Part shown: positions 1-8,327 of the stretch, one piece after another | Numbering within the stretch: position 1 is the first letter of the stretch | How the letters are laid out: each line of letters opens with the position of its first letter | From: Gemmatimonadota bacterium | GTDB lineage: Bacteria > Gemmatimonadota > Gemmatimonadetes > Longimicrobiales > Gaopeijiaceae | Assembly (NCBI GenBank): GCA_034521595.1 | Contig: JAXHMG010000003.1 | Coordinates: forward strand, 640,001-704,000 | DNA length: 64,000 nucleotides | Direction: 5' to 3' | Translations under genes and position numbers: made by a program | Notes under the pieces: model-generated | Database searches by the model: none | The model's input: only the letters and a program-made list of their open reading frames with translations | What the model was told of the DNA's origin: nothing

Positions 1-795
1 AGTGGCCGCCGCCCCCTTGATCACCTCGACACGATCGATGCTCTCGGGATTGATGTTGGCCAAGGGGCTCGCCTGTACGTTGCCGCTCCGCCCTGAATAG
101 CCGATTGGGGGAACGTTCTTCGGATACGCCTCGCTCCGAACCCGAACTCCATCGACGTAGACCAGGGGTTGGTTCGTCATGGCGATGCTGTTGATGCCCC
201 GCAGCCGGATCATGTTTCCCGAGCCGGCCTGGCCCGACACCTCGGTGATGACCGCCCCGGGAACACGGCCGCCCATTATCTCCTCGACGTTCCGATCCGA
301 CAGCTCGAGCTCATCGACATCCAGCTGAGAGACCGCGTTGCCGACCTCTCTTTGTCGAGCCGCGCCCGCCTGACCCGTGACCACGAGCTCGTCAAGGGCG
401 AGAGCCTCCCGCTCCATCTCCAGGCTCACCTGAACAGACGCGCCGGGGTCGACCGAGATCTGCTGCCGCACCGTCCGATGCCCGATCCGCTCAGCGACGA
501 TCTCATGGGTGCCGGCCGGGACGTTGAGGATGAGGAATCGACCGTCCCCTCGGGACAAAGCACCCATGTTGGTGCCCGTCAGGAAGATCTGGGCCTGCCC
601 CAGGGGCGCCCCGGTCGCGGCTTCGACGACCTGTCCCGTGATCTGACCGGTTTCTTGTGCGTGCCCGGCCGACCCGAAGAAGGATGACGCTGCGAAGAAC
701 GCGAAGAATAGGAAGGGCGCCAGGCCGACTCGCCGTCCGAACGGTCGATGCTTGCCCCGGGAAAGAGTTCTCGGATCAGAGTCACGGGTCATCAT
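1..795 (-). CDS. SusC/RagA-family TonB-dependent outer membrane receptor, N-terminal part (runs off window start; not in ORF track)
   Basis: Manual translation from ATG 795 (GGAGG RBS): signal peptide ...SAGHA-QETGQITGQVVEAATGRPL, carboxypeptidase-regulatory-like domain, LDELVVTG, plug motifs IRLRGINS, PLVYVDG, INPESIDRVEVIKGAAAT. Confidence 0.9.
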   Translation of the reverse strand, partial: MMTRDSDPRTLSRGKHRPFGRRVGLAPFLFFAFFAASSFFGSAGHAQETGQITGQVVEAATGAPLGQAQIFLTGTNMGALSRGDGRFLILNVPAGTHEIVAERIGHRTVRQQISVDPGASVQVSLEMEREALALDELVVTGQAGAARQREVGNAVSQLDVDELELSDRNVEEIMGGRVPGAVITEVSGQAGSGNMIRLRGINSIAMTNQPLVYVDGVRVRSEAYPKNVPPIGYSGRSGNVQASPLANINPESIDRVEVIKGAAAT

Positions 796-944
796 GGATG
801 CCTCCTCCACAGAAATTGTAAACGTGAGGCACCGAGAGGGGGTCCGACGCGCCTCCCGGTACGTCGACTCCGCAGGGATCCTTCCAACCTCCCGGATCCT
901 TCCAAACCTGACGAGCTTTCAACCTTCAAACCAATCTCGTGGGC

Positions 945-973
945 ACAGTACGCTTCCCTTCGAGCCATGTCAA
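945..973 (-). promoter_or_regulatory. sigma70-type promoter for the TonB-dependent receptor
   Basis: TTGACA (973-968), 17-nt spacer, TACTGT (950-945). Confidence 0.6.
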
Positions 974-1276
974 ATACGATCCCTTGACAAGCTGCCTTGA
1001 TTGATTAACAGCCCATGCGTAGCACCGTGGCTCGGAGTCGGTCCAGCACGTTCAAACGACCTCCTCTCGGACTCGGCGGATCTCCCCTCCTGGGCGGAGT
1101 CCGAGGGATGAGCATCCGGATTCTGGCCTCTCGGCCGCTCCTTATCAGGTGAAGTGCCAGTCAGCGGCCGGGGGAGGCCCCCGCCCTGTTTCGCTGGCCG
1201 GCTTGCGTTGGTTGGATCAGAGTCCCCTCTTCCAGAATCCATTCCCGGTTCAGTCCTTTCGAGTCAGAGTGTGCGG

Positions 1277-1756
1277 ATGACTATCCGTGGATCCACCATC
1301 GTGTTCTTGTGCTTGCTCCTCGTGGGCTGCCACCGCTACGTCCCGACCCGCCTCGGGTCGGTTCCGTCGGGTGCCGAGGTCCGGCTCCAGCTCTCGGATG
1401 AGGGTACTCGGCGGTTGGAGGCGCTCTCGGGCTCGGATGCGGAAGAGGTGGAGGGCAGACTGTTGAGTTGGGCCGATGAGGTGATCCTGTCTGTGCCCCT
1501 CCCCTCGGTCCCGCGGATGGTGGATCGGGATCTCCGGCGTCGGATCGTGGTGGCGTCAGATGATGTGGTTGGGATCCAGGTCCGGGAGTGGGACCGAACC
1601 CGGACGGCGCTGCTCGTGGGCGGAGTGGCGACCGTGGTCACCACCGCGCTCGTGGCTGCGCTCTCCGGGAGCTTCGGGGGAACCGGCGGACCGGACCGAC
1701 CCCCGATGGAAGAAGAGGGCTCCCTACTGCCCGTGGGGTTCAGGGTGTTTCCCTGA
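1277..1756 (+). CDS. hypothetical lipoprotein with C-terminal hydrophobic segment
   Basis: MTIRGSTIVFLCLLLVGC lipobox; C-terminal TALLVGGVATVVTTALVAAL. Confidence 0.65.
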   Translation: MTIRGSTIVFLCLLLVGCHRYVPTRLGSVPSGAEVRLQLSDEGTRRLEALSGSDAEEVEGRLLSWADEVILSVPLPSVPRMVDRDLRRRIVVASDDVVGIQVREWDRTRTALLVGGVATVVTTALVAALSGSFGGTGGPDRPPMEEEGSLLPVGFRVFP

Positions 1757-1815
1757 GACCGGAAGGGATCCCGCCCACCACCCCTGACCGACACATCCAT
1801 GCCAGGAGACGCGCC

Positions 1816-2868
1816 ATGCATGCCCGACTGAGCCTGACACTCCTGTCCACGACCGTGCTCTTTGCCATTCCTACCGCTGCCCAGGAACCCGCGGCCTGGA
1901 ACGTCGGTGAGGAGCTCGTTTTCCACACCTTCTCCATTGCAGCGGTGGATCCCGAGACTGGAGAGTCCGGGGTGGCGGTGACCACGCGGAACCCCTGCGT
2001 GGGGAACGGGGTGCCGTGGGTCCGGAAAGGGGTGGGCGCGGTGGCGACCCAGGCGGCGACCCGGACCGAATACGGTCACGAGCTTCTGGAGCTCATGGCG
2101 GAGGGCATTTCGCCGGCAGAAGCCCTGGAGCGTCGCCTGGCCGACGACGAGAATGCCCAGCGGCGGCAGATCGGGGTCATCGGGGTGGGCGGCCGCTCGG
2201 CGCAGCACTCGGGCTCCGAGATCAGCGATTGGTCAGGGAGCCGGGCGGGCCCGAACTACGTGACCCAGGGGAACTCGCTGGTCGGTTCAGAGGTGCTAGA
2301 TGCCGTGGCCCGGACTTTCGAGGCCTCGGCGGGTTCCTATCGCCACCTGGCCGACCGACTCATTGAGGCGATGGCCGCGGGCCAGGCGGAGGGTGGGGAC
2401 GCCCGGCACGGAGAGACCCAGTCGGCCGCGGTGATCGTGGCCGACCCCCGACCCGACATGGCCCGGAGGCCAGACGGCCAGACGGTGCACATCAATGTGT
2501 GCGAGCATCCTGCCCCCATCACCGAAATGCGGCGAATCTACGAGACGATCTCCGAGACACTGGGCTTCCGGACGCTCCAGCAGGAGACGGGGCGGGATAT
2601 CCTCCAGCTCAAGCTCATTCTCCACGCCCTGGGCTATTTCCGCCCGGATTTGGAGGAGTTTCCCGAGGAACTCGAGGACGAACGACTCTACACCCAGGAG
2701 GCCGTGAACGCAGTGGACCGATTCCGGGAGGACCAGGGGTGGCGAACTACGGTGCCGGGCTTCGTGGACGCGTTGACCGTCGAGAGGCTTTGGACCGAGC
2801 TGGAGGCGGCCGGAGAGGCCGACGCCCTCCGGCAGCGGCTTCTGGAAATCCTTCGCGTGCGGAGATGA
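1816..2868 (+). CDS. secreted DUF1028 (Ntn-hydrolase-like) protein with C-terminal peptidoglycan-binding-like helical domain
   Basis: Signal peptide, HTFSIAAVDPETGESGVAVTT, VGAVATQA, QGNSL, GGDAR motifs; C-terminal LKLILHALGY...AVDRF...PGFVD; AGGAG RBS. Confidence 0.85.
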   Translation: MHARLSLTLLSTTVLFAIPTAAQEPAAWNVGEELVFHTFSIAAVDPETGESGVAVTTRNPCVGNGVPWVRKGVGAVATQAATRTEYGHELLELMAEGISPAEALERRLADDENAQRRQIGVIGVGGRSAQHSGSEISDWSGSRAGPNYVTQGNSLVGSEVLDAVARTFEASAGSYRHLADRLIEAMAAGQAEGGDARHGETQSAAVIVADPRPDMARRPDGQTVHINVCEHPAPITEMRRIYETISETLGFRTLQQETGRDILQLKLILHALGYFRPDLEEFPEELEDERLYTQEAVNAVDRFREDQGWRTTVPGFVDALTVERLWTELEAAGEADALRQRLLEILRVRR

Positions 2869-2871
2869 GGG

Positions 2872-2903
2872 TCGCGTCCGGGCCGGCGCCGGCCCGGACG
2901 CGA
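2872..2903. repeat. perfect 32-bp palindrome just after the DUF1028 stop
   Basis: TCGCGTCCGGGCCGGCGCCGGCCCGGACGCGA equals its own reverse complement. Confidence 0.85.
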
Positions 2904-3008
2904 AGAGCTTCTGGTGGCTGAGGCCGACTGCCCCCTCTCGCTCCGCGGACCCGAAGAAGACAGTCCGGATGACGCCGCTGCGCGCCAGTCCCGCTGAGTT
3001 CGACCCCC

Positions 3009-3262
3009 TAACAGTCCGTAGAAGTCTGGTGGTCCGCGCGACCACCGCTGCGCGGCGGTGCCCGGGGCGGCACGGCCCGACCCACGCCCTCCGGGCGCGG
3101 GTGCCCCCCGTCGTTGGAGCCCCTCGGACCACGGCCTTCGGCCGCGGTGCCCGCTACGGCTATGCCTTCGGGGCTCCGCCATAGGAGCACGGGCCGTGGC
3201 GCTCCCGGGGCACCCGGGCGCAGCACGGGTCCGGGCCACCAGACTTCTGCCACGGACTGCTA
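3009..3262. mobile_element. MITE-like element copy 1 (254 bp), imperfect ~30-bp terminal inverted repeats, TA at both ends
   Basis: Left TAACAGTCCGT---AGAAGTCTGGTGGTCCG; right CGGGCCACCAGACTTCTGCCACGGACTGCTA; shares TIR and internal motifs with 52274-52550. Confidence 0.75.
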
Positions 3263-3302
3263 AGCGCTGAGAGCCACTGACATCACGTGGGGTGGACGCG
3301 CT

Positions 3303-4280
3303 CTAGGGCGCGCGAGGCGTGGCGGGCCCGGTGTTCTCGGGCGGCGTCGGCTCGTTGGGCTCGACGTGCACGAGCACGTCCAGGATCGGAAGCTCGGAGG
3401 TGATCAGGCGGTCCTTGACGTCGTGACCGATTTGGTGCCCCCGACGGACGGTCAGCGCACCGTCCACCTCCACGTGGATGTCCACGAGGTAGACCAGCCC
3501 GCTTCTGCGTACCCGCACCTCGTCGATGCCGTGAACGTCCGGTGTCCGGGCGGCGATACGGCGGACCTGATCACAGATTTCCTGCGGGGCGGCGGCGTCC
3601 AGAACCTCGCGGAGACCGCTGCGCAGAAGCCGAACGCCGTTCCAGGCGATCACCACGCAGGCGACGAGGGCAGCCCAATCGTCCGCCGATTCCCAGCCTT
3701 CTCCCAGCAGGAGCGCGAGTGAGATGCCAAAGAAGGCCGCGACCGACGTCAGGGCGTCCGCACGGTGGTGCCAGGCGTCGGCGAGCATCGCGCGACTGCC
3801 CACGTCCGTGCCGCTGCGCGTCAGGAATCGGAAGGTGCCTTCCTTCGTGACCACGACGGCTACGAGCACGGCCAGCGTGAACGCAGCGGGGGGGGCGTGC
3901 GGGTTCATGATCTCGCGGACGGCCCCGTACGCGATGCCTGCCGCGGCGCTGAGGAGAACCGTCGCCACGACCAGGGCGGCGAGTGGCTCGGCCTTGCCCC
4001 GCCCGTAGGGAAATTCGGGCGTCTGTGGCGCCGAGCTGGCACGGAGCCCACTCCAGACGAGAAGCGAGCTCGACAGGTCGAGGACCGATTCGACTCCGTC
4101 GGCGACCAGCGCGAACGAGTTCCCGACCAGGCCCGCGGTGATCTTCACCACGCCGAGGAGGGCGCTCACCACCAGCGCCGTGGCCGTGGCCTTGGTTCCG
4201 GTCCGGTAGGCTTCGTCCAACTGGTCGGACGTGGCGCGTGGCTCGGGCGGAGTGGGGGATCGAGGGGGGGTCATCGACAC
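3303..4280 (-). CDS. cation diffusion facilitator (FieF/YiiP-like) transporter
   Basis: TM helices, ALVADGVESVLD, FPYGRGKAEPL, ADAWHHRAD, C-terminal DIHVEVD...HVEP domain. Confidence 0.92.
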   Translation of the reverse strand: MSMTPPRSPTPPEPRATSDQLDEAYRTGTKATATALVVSALLGVVKITAGLVGNSFALVADGVESVLDLSSSLLVWSGLRASSAPQTPEFPYGRGKAEPLAALVVATVLLSAAAGIAYGAVREIMNPHAPPAAFTLAVLVAVVVTKEGTFRFLTRSGTDVGSRAMLADAWHHRADALTSVAAFFGISLALLLGEGWESADDWAALVACVVIAWNGVRLLRSGLREVLDAAAPQEICDQVRRIAARTPDVHGIDEVRVRRSGLVYLVDIHVEVDGALTVRRGHQIGHDVKDRLITSELPILDVLVHVEPNEPTPPENTGPATPRAP

Positions 4281-4292
4281 TTGAGGTCCGTC

Positions 4293-4445
4293 TCAGGGAT
4301 CGGAGCAATCACGCTGGTACCCGCAGGCCCCACATACCAACTTGCAATGGCGATCGACCATGGGTTCGCCGCACAGGTCACACACCGTCCCCGTGGGCGC
4401 CCCGGGCGTCGGACTGGAGCCCCCCGTCCGTTCGTGTTCGGACAC
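4293..4445 (-). CDS. small (~50 aa) Cys-rich zinc-finger protein, HVO_2523-like
   Basis: CDLCGEPMVDRHCKLVCGACGYQRDCSDP; fits between co-oriented genes; GTG start uncertain. Confidence 0.65.
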   Translation of the reverse strand: MSEHERTGGSSPTPGAPTGTVCDLCGEPMVDRHCKLVCGACGYQRDCSDP

Positions 4446-4492
4446 CGTGGATCGCCGGGTACGAGCATCGTCGTATCGACCGGGTCGGCTGC

Positions 4493-5029
4493 TCATTCGG
4501 GAGCCCCGAGCCCCTCGGCCAGGTATTCGCGGCTGAGCTCGACGTAGTGGCTTCCGCCGCCCTCGATCCACCGTGCGGCCGATCCTTCCAGCGTTTTCTT
4601 CACGACACCCGGGATGCCGGCGACGAGGCTCCGCTCGGGGATCCGGGTACCCTCGAGCACCACCGTGTTCGCGGCGAGCAGGCACTCTTCACCGATGACG
4701 GCGTTTTGAAGGATCACGGCATTCATGCCCACGACGGTCCTGTCGCCGATCTCGCAGCTCTCGAACTTCGCGCCGTGGCCCACCGTCACGTCCGAGCCGA
4801 TGACCGTCGGCCCCCATGCACCGACGTGTACGACGCAGTTGTCCTGAACACTCGTGCGCGGCCCGACCACGATTCCGTTGTCCGGGTCATCGCCGCGCAG
4901 CACGGCACCGAACCAGACGCTGCTCTCTTCCTCGACCGTGACGTCGCCGATGAGCACCGCCGTCGGCGCGACGAACGCGGACGGGTGGATGTTCGGGGAC
5001 TTTCCGTTGAACGGTAGTATGACGGCCAT
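4493..5029 (-). CDS. gamma-carbonic anhydrase family (YrdA/PaaY-like) hexapeptide-repeat protein
   Basis: IHPSAFVAPTAVLIGDV, SVWFGAVLRGD, SVQDNCVVH, VTVGHG, LVAGIPG. Confidence 0.9.
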   Translation of the reverse strand: MAVILPFNGKSPNIHPSAFVAPTAVLIGDVTVEEESSVWFGAVLRGDDPDNGIVVGPRTSVQDNCVVHVGAWGPTVIGSDVTVGHGAKFESCEIGDRTVVGMNAVILQNAVIGEECLLAANTVVLEGTRIPERSLVAGIPGVVKKTLEGSAARWIEGGGSHYVELSREYLAEGLGAPE

Positions 5030-5123
5030 GTTTCGTCGGTCCTTGGGTCGCGTGGTCAGTCGTGGGCTCGACAGCCCGTGGCAGAGGTCTTCTGATGGTC
5101 GTCGTCGGGAGCGCCCCGGGCCG

Positions 5124-6380
5124 TCAAGAGTCTTCACGCTCCGCGGGCTGCTGGTCCAGTCGCGTCAGCCTCGCGCGCACGACTTGGGTCTCGGTGGCGT
5201 CGACGATCTCGATCCGCACCCCGGCCCGCTCGAAATCGTCTCCGGTGGCGGGCACGTGGCCGAGCTCTTCCAAGATGAATCCATTGACCGAGCGGTGCTC
5301 CACGTTGGGAAGCTCGACCCCGAGGAGCGCGTTTAGGTCACGTGTGTCCGCGCTTCCGTCACATTCGATGATCGAATGCGAGACGCGCTCGATCCCTTCC
5401 TCCTCGACGTCGGTTTCGTCCTGGATCTCGCCGACGAGCTCTTCGAGCACGTCCTCGAGCGTCACGAGGCCGTCCGTGCCGCCGAACTCGTCCGCGACGA
5501 TGCCCATGTGGATCCGGCGGGCCTGAAAGTCGGTGAGGAGCTGCGTGAGGGAGAGAGAGCCGGGCACGAAGAAGGGGGCACGAGCCAGCTCGCCGAGCGG
5601 GAGGTCGTGCTCCCCTCGTGCGTACCGTTCATAGGCTTCGCGGACGTACACGATTCCGGTCACGTCGTCGATCGAGTCCCTGTAAACCGGAACGCGGCTG
5701 TAGGGGACGTCCGGCAGGTCGTCGATGATTTCGCTCAACGGTGTGTCCTCCGCCCATGCGAACATGTCCACGCGGGGGATCATGACCTCCCAGGCCGTGA
5801 GCTCGTCGAGCCGGAAGGCCCGTTCGACGAGGAGGTTTTCCGAGGCCTCCAGCACGCCTTCTTCACTTCCGATCTCCTGGATCTCGCGGAGCTCCCGCTG
5901 CTCGTTCGAGAGCGTGGGGCCCGAACCCGACCGTAGGCGTTCTTCGAGGCGCTCGACCGGAGACGTGAGGAATCGGGATTGGCGCGCGACGAACAGGAGG
6001 AGCGGGGCGAGGGTGAGGGCGAAGCGCACCGGGTGGCGCGTCGCCAGCATCTGGGGTAGGAGGTCGCCGACGAGGAGCACGGTCAGAACCGCCAGAACGA
6101 CGCCACCGCCCGAGCTCCAGAGCGAGCCGGTAGAGGCGGTGCCCACGGCGGTGATCGCGACCGCCGCGAGGTTCAAGATTCGAGTGAAAAGCCGCACCGC
6201 GAGCTGTACGCCCGCACCCCGGATCCGCACTTCCGTCAGCGCGCCCGAGCCACGAAACCCTTCCGACTCGAGCGTTCGCAGGCGGGAGGTGCCCAGCTGG
6301 AAGGCCGCGGCTTCTCCCAGGGTCAACGTGGCCGAGAGAAGAAGCAGGAGCGCGACGACCGCGACGGTCCCCCAGATCAC
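5124..6380 (-). CDS. hemolysin-family / CNNM (DUF21-CBS-CorC) membrane protein
   Basis: N-terminal TM helices, VMIPRVDM, YSRVPVY, ADEFGGTDGLVTLEDVLEELVGEIQDE. Confidence 0.9.
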   Translation of the reverse strand: MIWGTVAVVALLLLLSATLTLGEAAAFQLGTSRLRTLESEGFRGSGALTEVRIRGAGVQLAVRLFTRILNLAAVAITAVGTASTGSLWSSGGGVVLAVLTVLLVGDLLPQMLATRHPVRFALTLAPLLLFVARQSRFLTSPVERLEERLRSGSGPTLSNEQRELREIQEIGSEEGVLEASENLLVERAFRLDELTAWEVMIPRVDMFAWAEDTPLSEIIDDLPDVPYSRVPVYRDSIDDVTGIVYVREAYERYARGEHDLPLGELARAPFFVPGSLSLTQLLTDFQARRIHMGIVADEFGGTDGLVTLEDVLEELVGEIQDETDVEEEGIERVSHSIIECDGSADTRDLNALLGVELPNVEHRSVNGFILEELGHVPATGDDFERAGVRIEIVDATETQVVRARLTRLDQQPAEREDS

Positions 6381-6450
6381 GTGGTGTCCCTTTCGCGGAA
6401 GGGACTTCTGCTCGTACTCGGAGGGCGATCACCACGTCCGGTACTTCGTG

Positions 6451-7470
6451 CTAGGTCCAACCCTCACTCTCCTTGAGGAGCTCGGCGATCACGTCGCGGG
6501 TCGTGCGCCCGTCCGATTCGGCTTCGAAGTTGAGAACCAACCGATGTGCGAGAACGGCGGGAGCGATCCCTCGTATGTCGTCCAAGGACGGCATCGCCGA
6601 GCCACGTGCCGCCGCGCGAGCCTTCGCGCCCAGGACCAGGAACTGCGACGCACGGGGTCCCGCGCCCCAGGAGACGTACCGTTGGGCGACGGCCCCCGCC
6701 TCCTCGCCCGGCCGCGTCGAGCGCGCGAGGCGAACGGCATAGCGCACCAGCGACGGTGGAGCGGGAATTCGGCGCACCAGGGCTTGGAGCTCGATGAGCT
6801 CCTGCGCGGAGACCACCGGGCTTACTGAAGCGCTGGCTTCCCCCGTGGTCCGCATCGCCACCTCCTCTTCTTCCTCCTTCGAGGGGTAGTAGATCGGCAG
6901 CTCGAGCATGAACCGGTCGAGCTGGGCCTCGGGGAGCGGGTACGTTCCCTCCTGCTCGATGGGGTTTTGCGTGGCGAGGACGAAGAACGGGGGCTCCAGT
7001 GGATACCGCTCACCTGCGGCGGTGACGGCTCGCTCCTGCATGGCTTCGAGCAGCGCCGCCTGCGTCTTGGGGGGGGTGCGGTTGATCTCGTCGGCCAGCA
7101 CCACGTTGGCGAAGATCGGGCCCTTCACGAACCGGAAGATCCTCCGGCCGGTCGACCGGTCTTCTTCGATCACCTCCGTGCCGGTGATGTCGGTCGGCAT
7201 GAGGTCCGGCGTGAACTGGATCCGGCTGAACGCGAGGTCGAGCGTCTGCGCGAGCGTCTGCACGAGCAGCGTCTTGGCGAGACCCGGAACACCGACGAGG
7301 AGCGCGTGCCCGTTGGCGAGGAGCGCGTTCAGGAGCTCGTCCACCACCTCGTGCTGACCGACGATGCGCTTCGCCATCTCGCGGCGCATGCCTTCCGACA
7401 CCTCGGCCACCCGTTCGAGGAGCTCGATGTCCTCGTCCCGTTCCGTGGCCGTATTCGTGGGTGTGTTCAT
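6451..7470 (-). CDS. moxR: MoxR-family AAA+ ATPase
   Basis: GVPGLAKT Walker [55 protein letters not shown]. Confidence 0.95.
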   Translation of the reverse strand: MNTPTNTATERDEDIELLERVAEVSEGMRREMAKRIVGQHEVVDELLNALLANGHALLVGVPGLAKTLLVQTLAQTLDLAFSRIQFTPDLMPTDITGTEVIEEDRSTGRRIFRFVKGPIFANVVLADEINRTPPKTQAALLEAMQERAVTAAGERYPLEPPFFVLATQNPIEQEGTYPLPEAQLDRFMLELPIYYPSKEEEEEVAMRTTGEASASVSPVVSAQELIELQALVRRIPAPPSLVRYAVRLARSTRPGEEAGAVAQRYVSWGAGPRASQFLVLGAKARAAARGSAMPSLDDIRGIAPAVLAHRLVLNFEAESDGRTTRDVIAELLKESEGWT

Positions 7471-7631
7471 CCAGACGTGGTTGTGCGGCGAGCCGCGGTA
7501 AGGGAGTCGCTCGGACCCGAATAGACGACAGCGACGGTCCTTTCGTCAAGCCGTGCCGCGGCCGAGAGCGCTTCCCTGCAAGGTGCGACGTACGGCCCGG
7601 GAAATGGCCCAAATTCCAGCACCACGACCGC

Positions 7632-7660
7632 TTGCGCTTTTTTTCACAAACTTGTATCCT
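7632..7660 (+). promoter_or_regulatory. sigma70-type promoter of the atp operon with overlapping Rex-like operator
   Basis: TTGCGC-17 nt-TATCCT; 7632-7649 reads TTGCGCT-TTTT-TTCACAA versus Rex consensus TTGTGAA-N4-TTCACAA. Confidence 0.55.
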
Positions 7661-7692
7661 TGGTGGGCTCAGGAAGCTGAGGAGCCGACCGA

Positions 7693-7956
7693 ATGTCGCC
7701 AGAGGATCGCCGGAAGAAAGTTCGACTGAACGGGGCGTCGCAGCGTCTTCCGGGGGAAGTCCTCGGGCTCACGCTCAACGTCGTCGTGGCGGCATTTCTT
7801 TTCGGTTTCCTCGGTCGGTGGGTCGGTACGAAGATCGGGGGCCAGGATTACCTGACGCTCCTGGGAGGGTTCATAGGCGCGGTGGCGGGGTTCTACAGTC
7901 TTTACATGCACCTCACCGCGCGATCCGAAGACCGAGAGACGAAGAGCTCCGGATGA
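7693..7956 (+). CDS. atpZ: AtpZ/AtpI-family ATP synthase accessory protein
   Basis: Two TM helices (FGFLGRWV...[13 protein letters not shown]); first gene of the atp operon. Confidence 0.75.
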   Translation: MSPEDRRKKVRLNGASQRLPGEVLGLTLNVVVAAFLFGFLGRWVGTKIGGQDYLTLLGGFIGAVAGFYSLYMHLTARSEDRETKSSG

Positions 7957-8327
7957 AGGCGCTTTCGCGCTACACCGTCGTATCCAGCCTGATCGTGGCC
8001 CTGATCGCAGGGATCACGGTTCCGTTTCTGGACGCTGCGGGCCGATTGGGGTTCGCGGCGGCGGGCGTGGTGGCGCTGCCGCTACAGGTGGGACTCTTCG
8101 CGCTCCTCGTCCACGCACGCGACGATTCTTCGCGATTCATGACGTGGTGGGGGCTCGGAGTGCTCGGTCGGGTGGTTGCGGTGGCCGCAGTGGGTCTCGG
8201 CGTCCGAAGCTTTCAGGTATTCGACCCGACAGTGACGATGATGGCCACGGTCGGCCTTTTCTACATATTCCTCCTGCTCGAGCCGGTGTTCTTGCGTCGG
8301 GACGGGCGGGCTACCGAGTACGCTTAG
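7953..8327 (+). CDS. atpI: ATP synthase protein I-like 4-TM protein
   Basis: Four hydrophobic helices; ATGA overlap with atpZ; directly before atpB. Confidence 0.6.
   Translation: MKALSRYTVVSSLIVALIAGITVPFLDAAGRLGFAAAGVVALPLQVGLFALLVHARDDSSRFMTWWGLGVLGRVVAVAAVGLGVRSFQVFDPTVTMMATVGLFYIFLLLEPVFLRRDGRATEYA

Noticed and set aside
876-932. Short direct repeats as a possible CRISPR array
   Set aside because: Repeats are 10-16 bp with spacers of only a few nt, and no cas genes are present.
796-1276. Cobalamin or TPP riboswitch upstream of the TonB-dependent receptor
   Set aside because: I could not find the B12-box or TPP consensus segments by eye on either strand; a covariance search is still advisable.
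2969-3270. Short ORFs inside MITE-like copy 1 (and 52136-52494 around copy 2)
   Set aside because: They run through palindromic repeat DNA, lack RBS or motifs and show no transposase signature.
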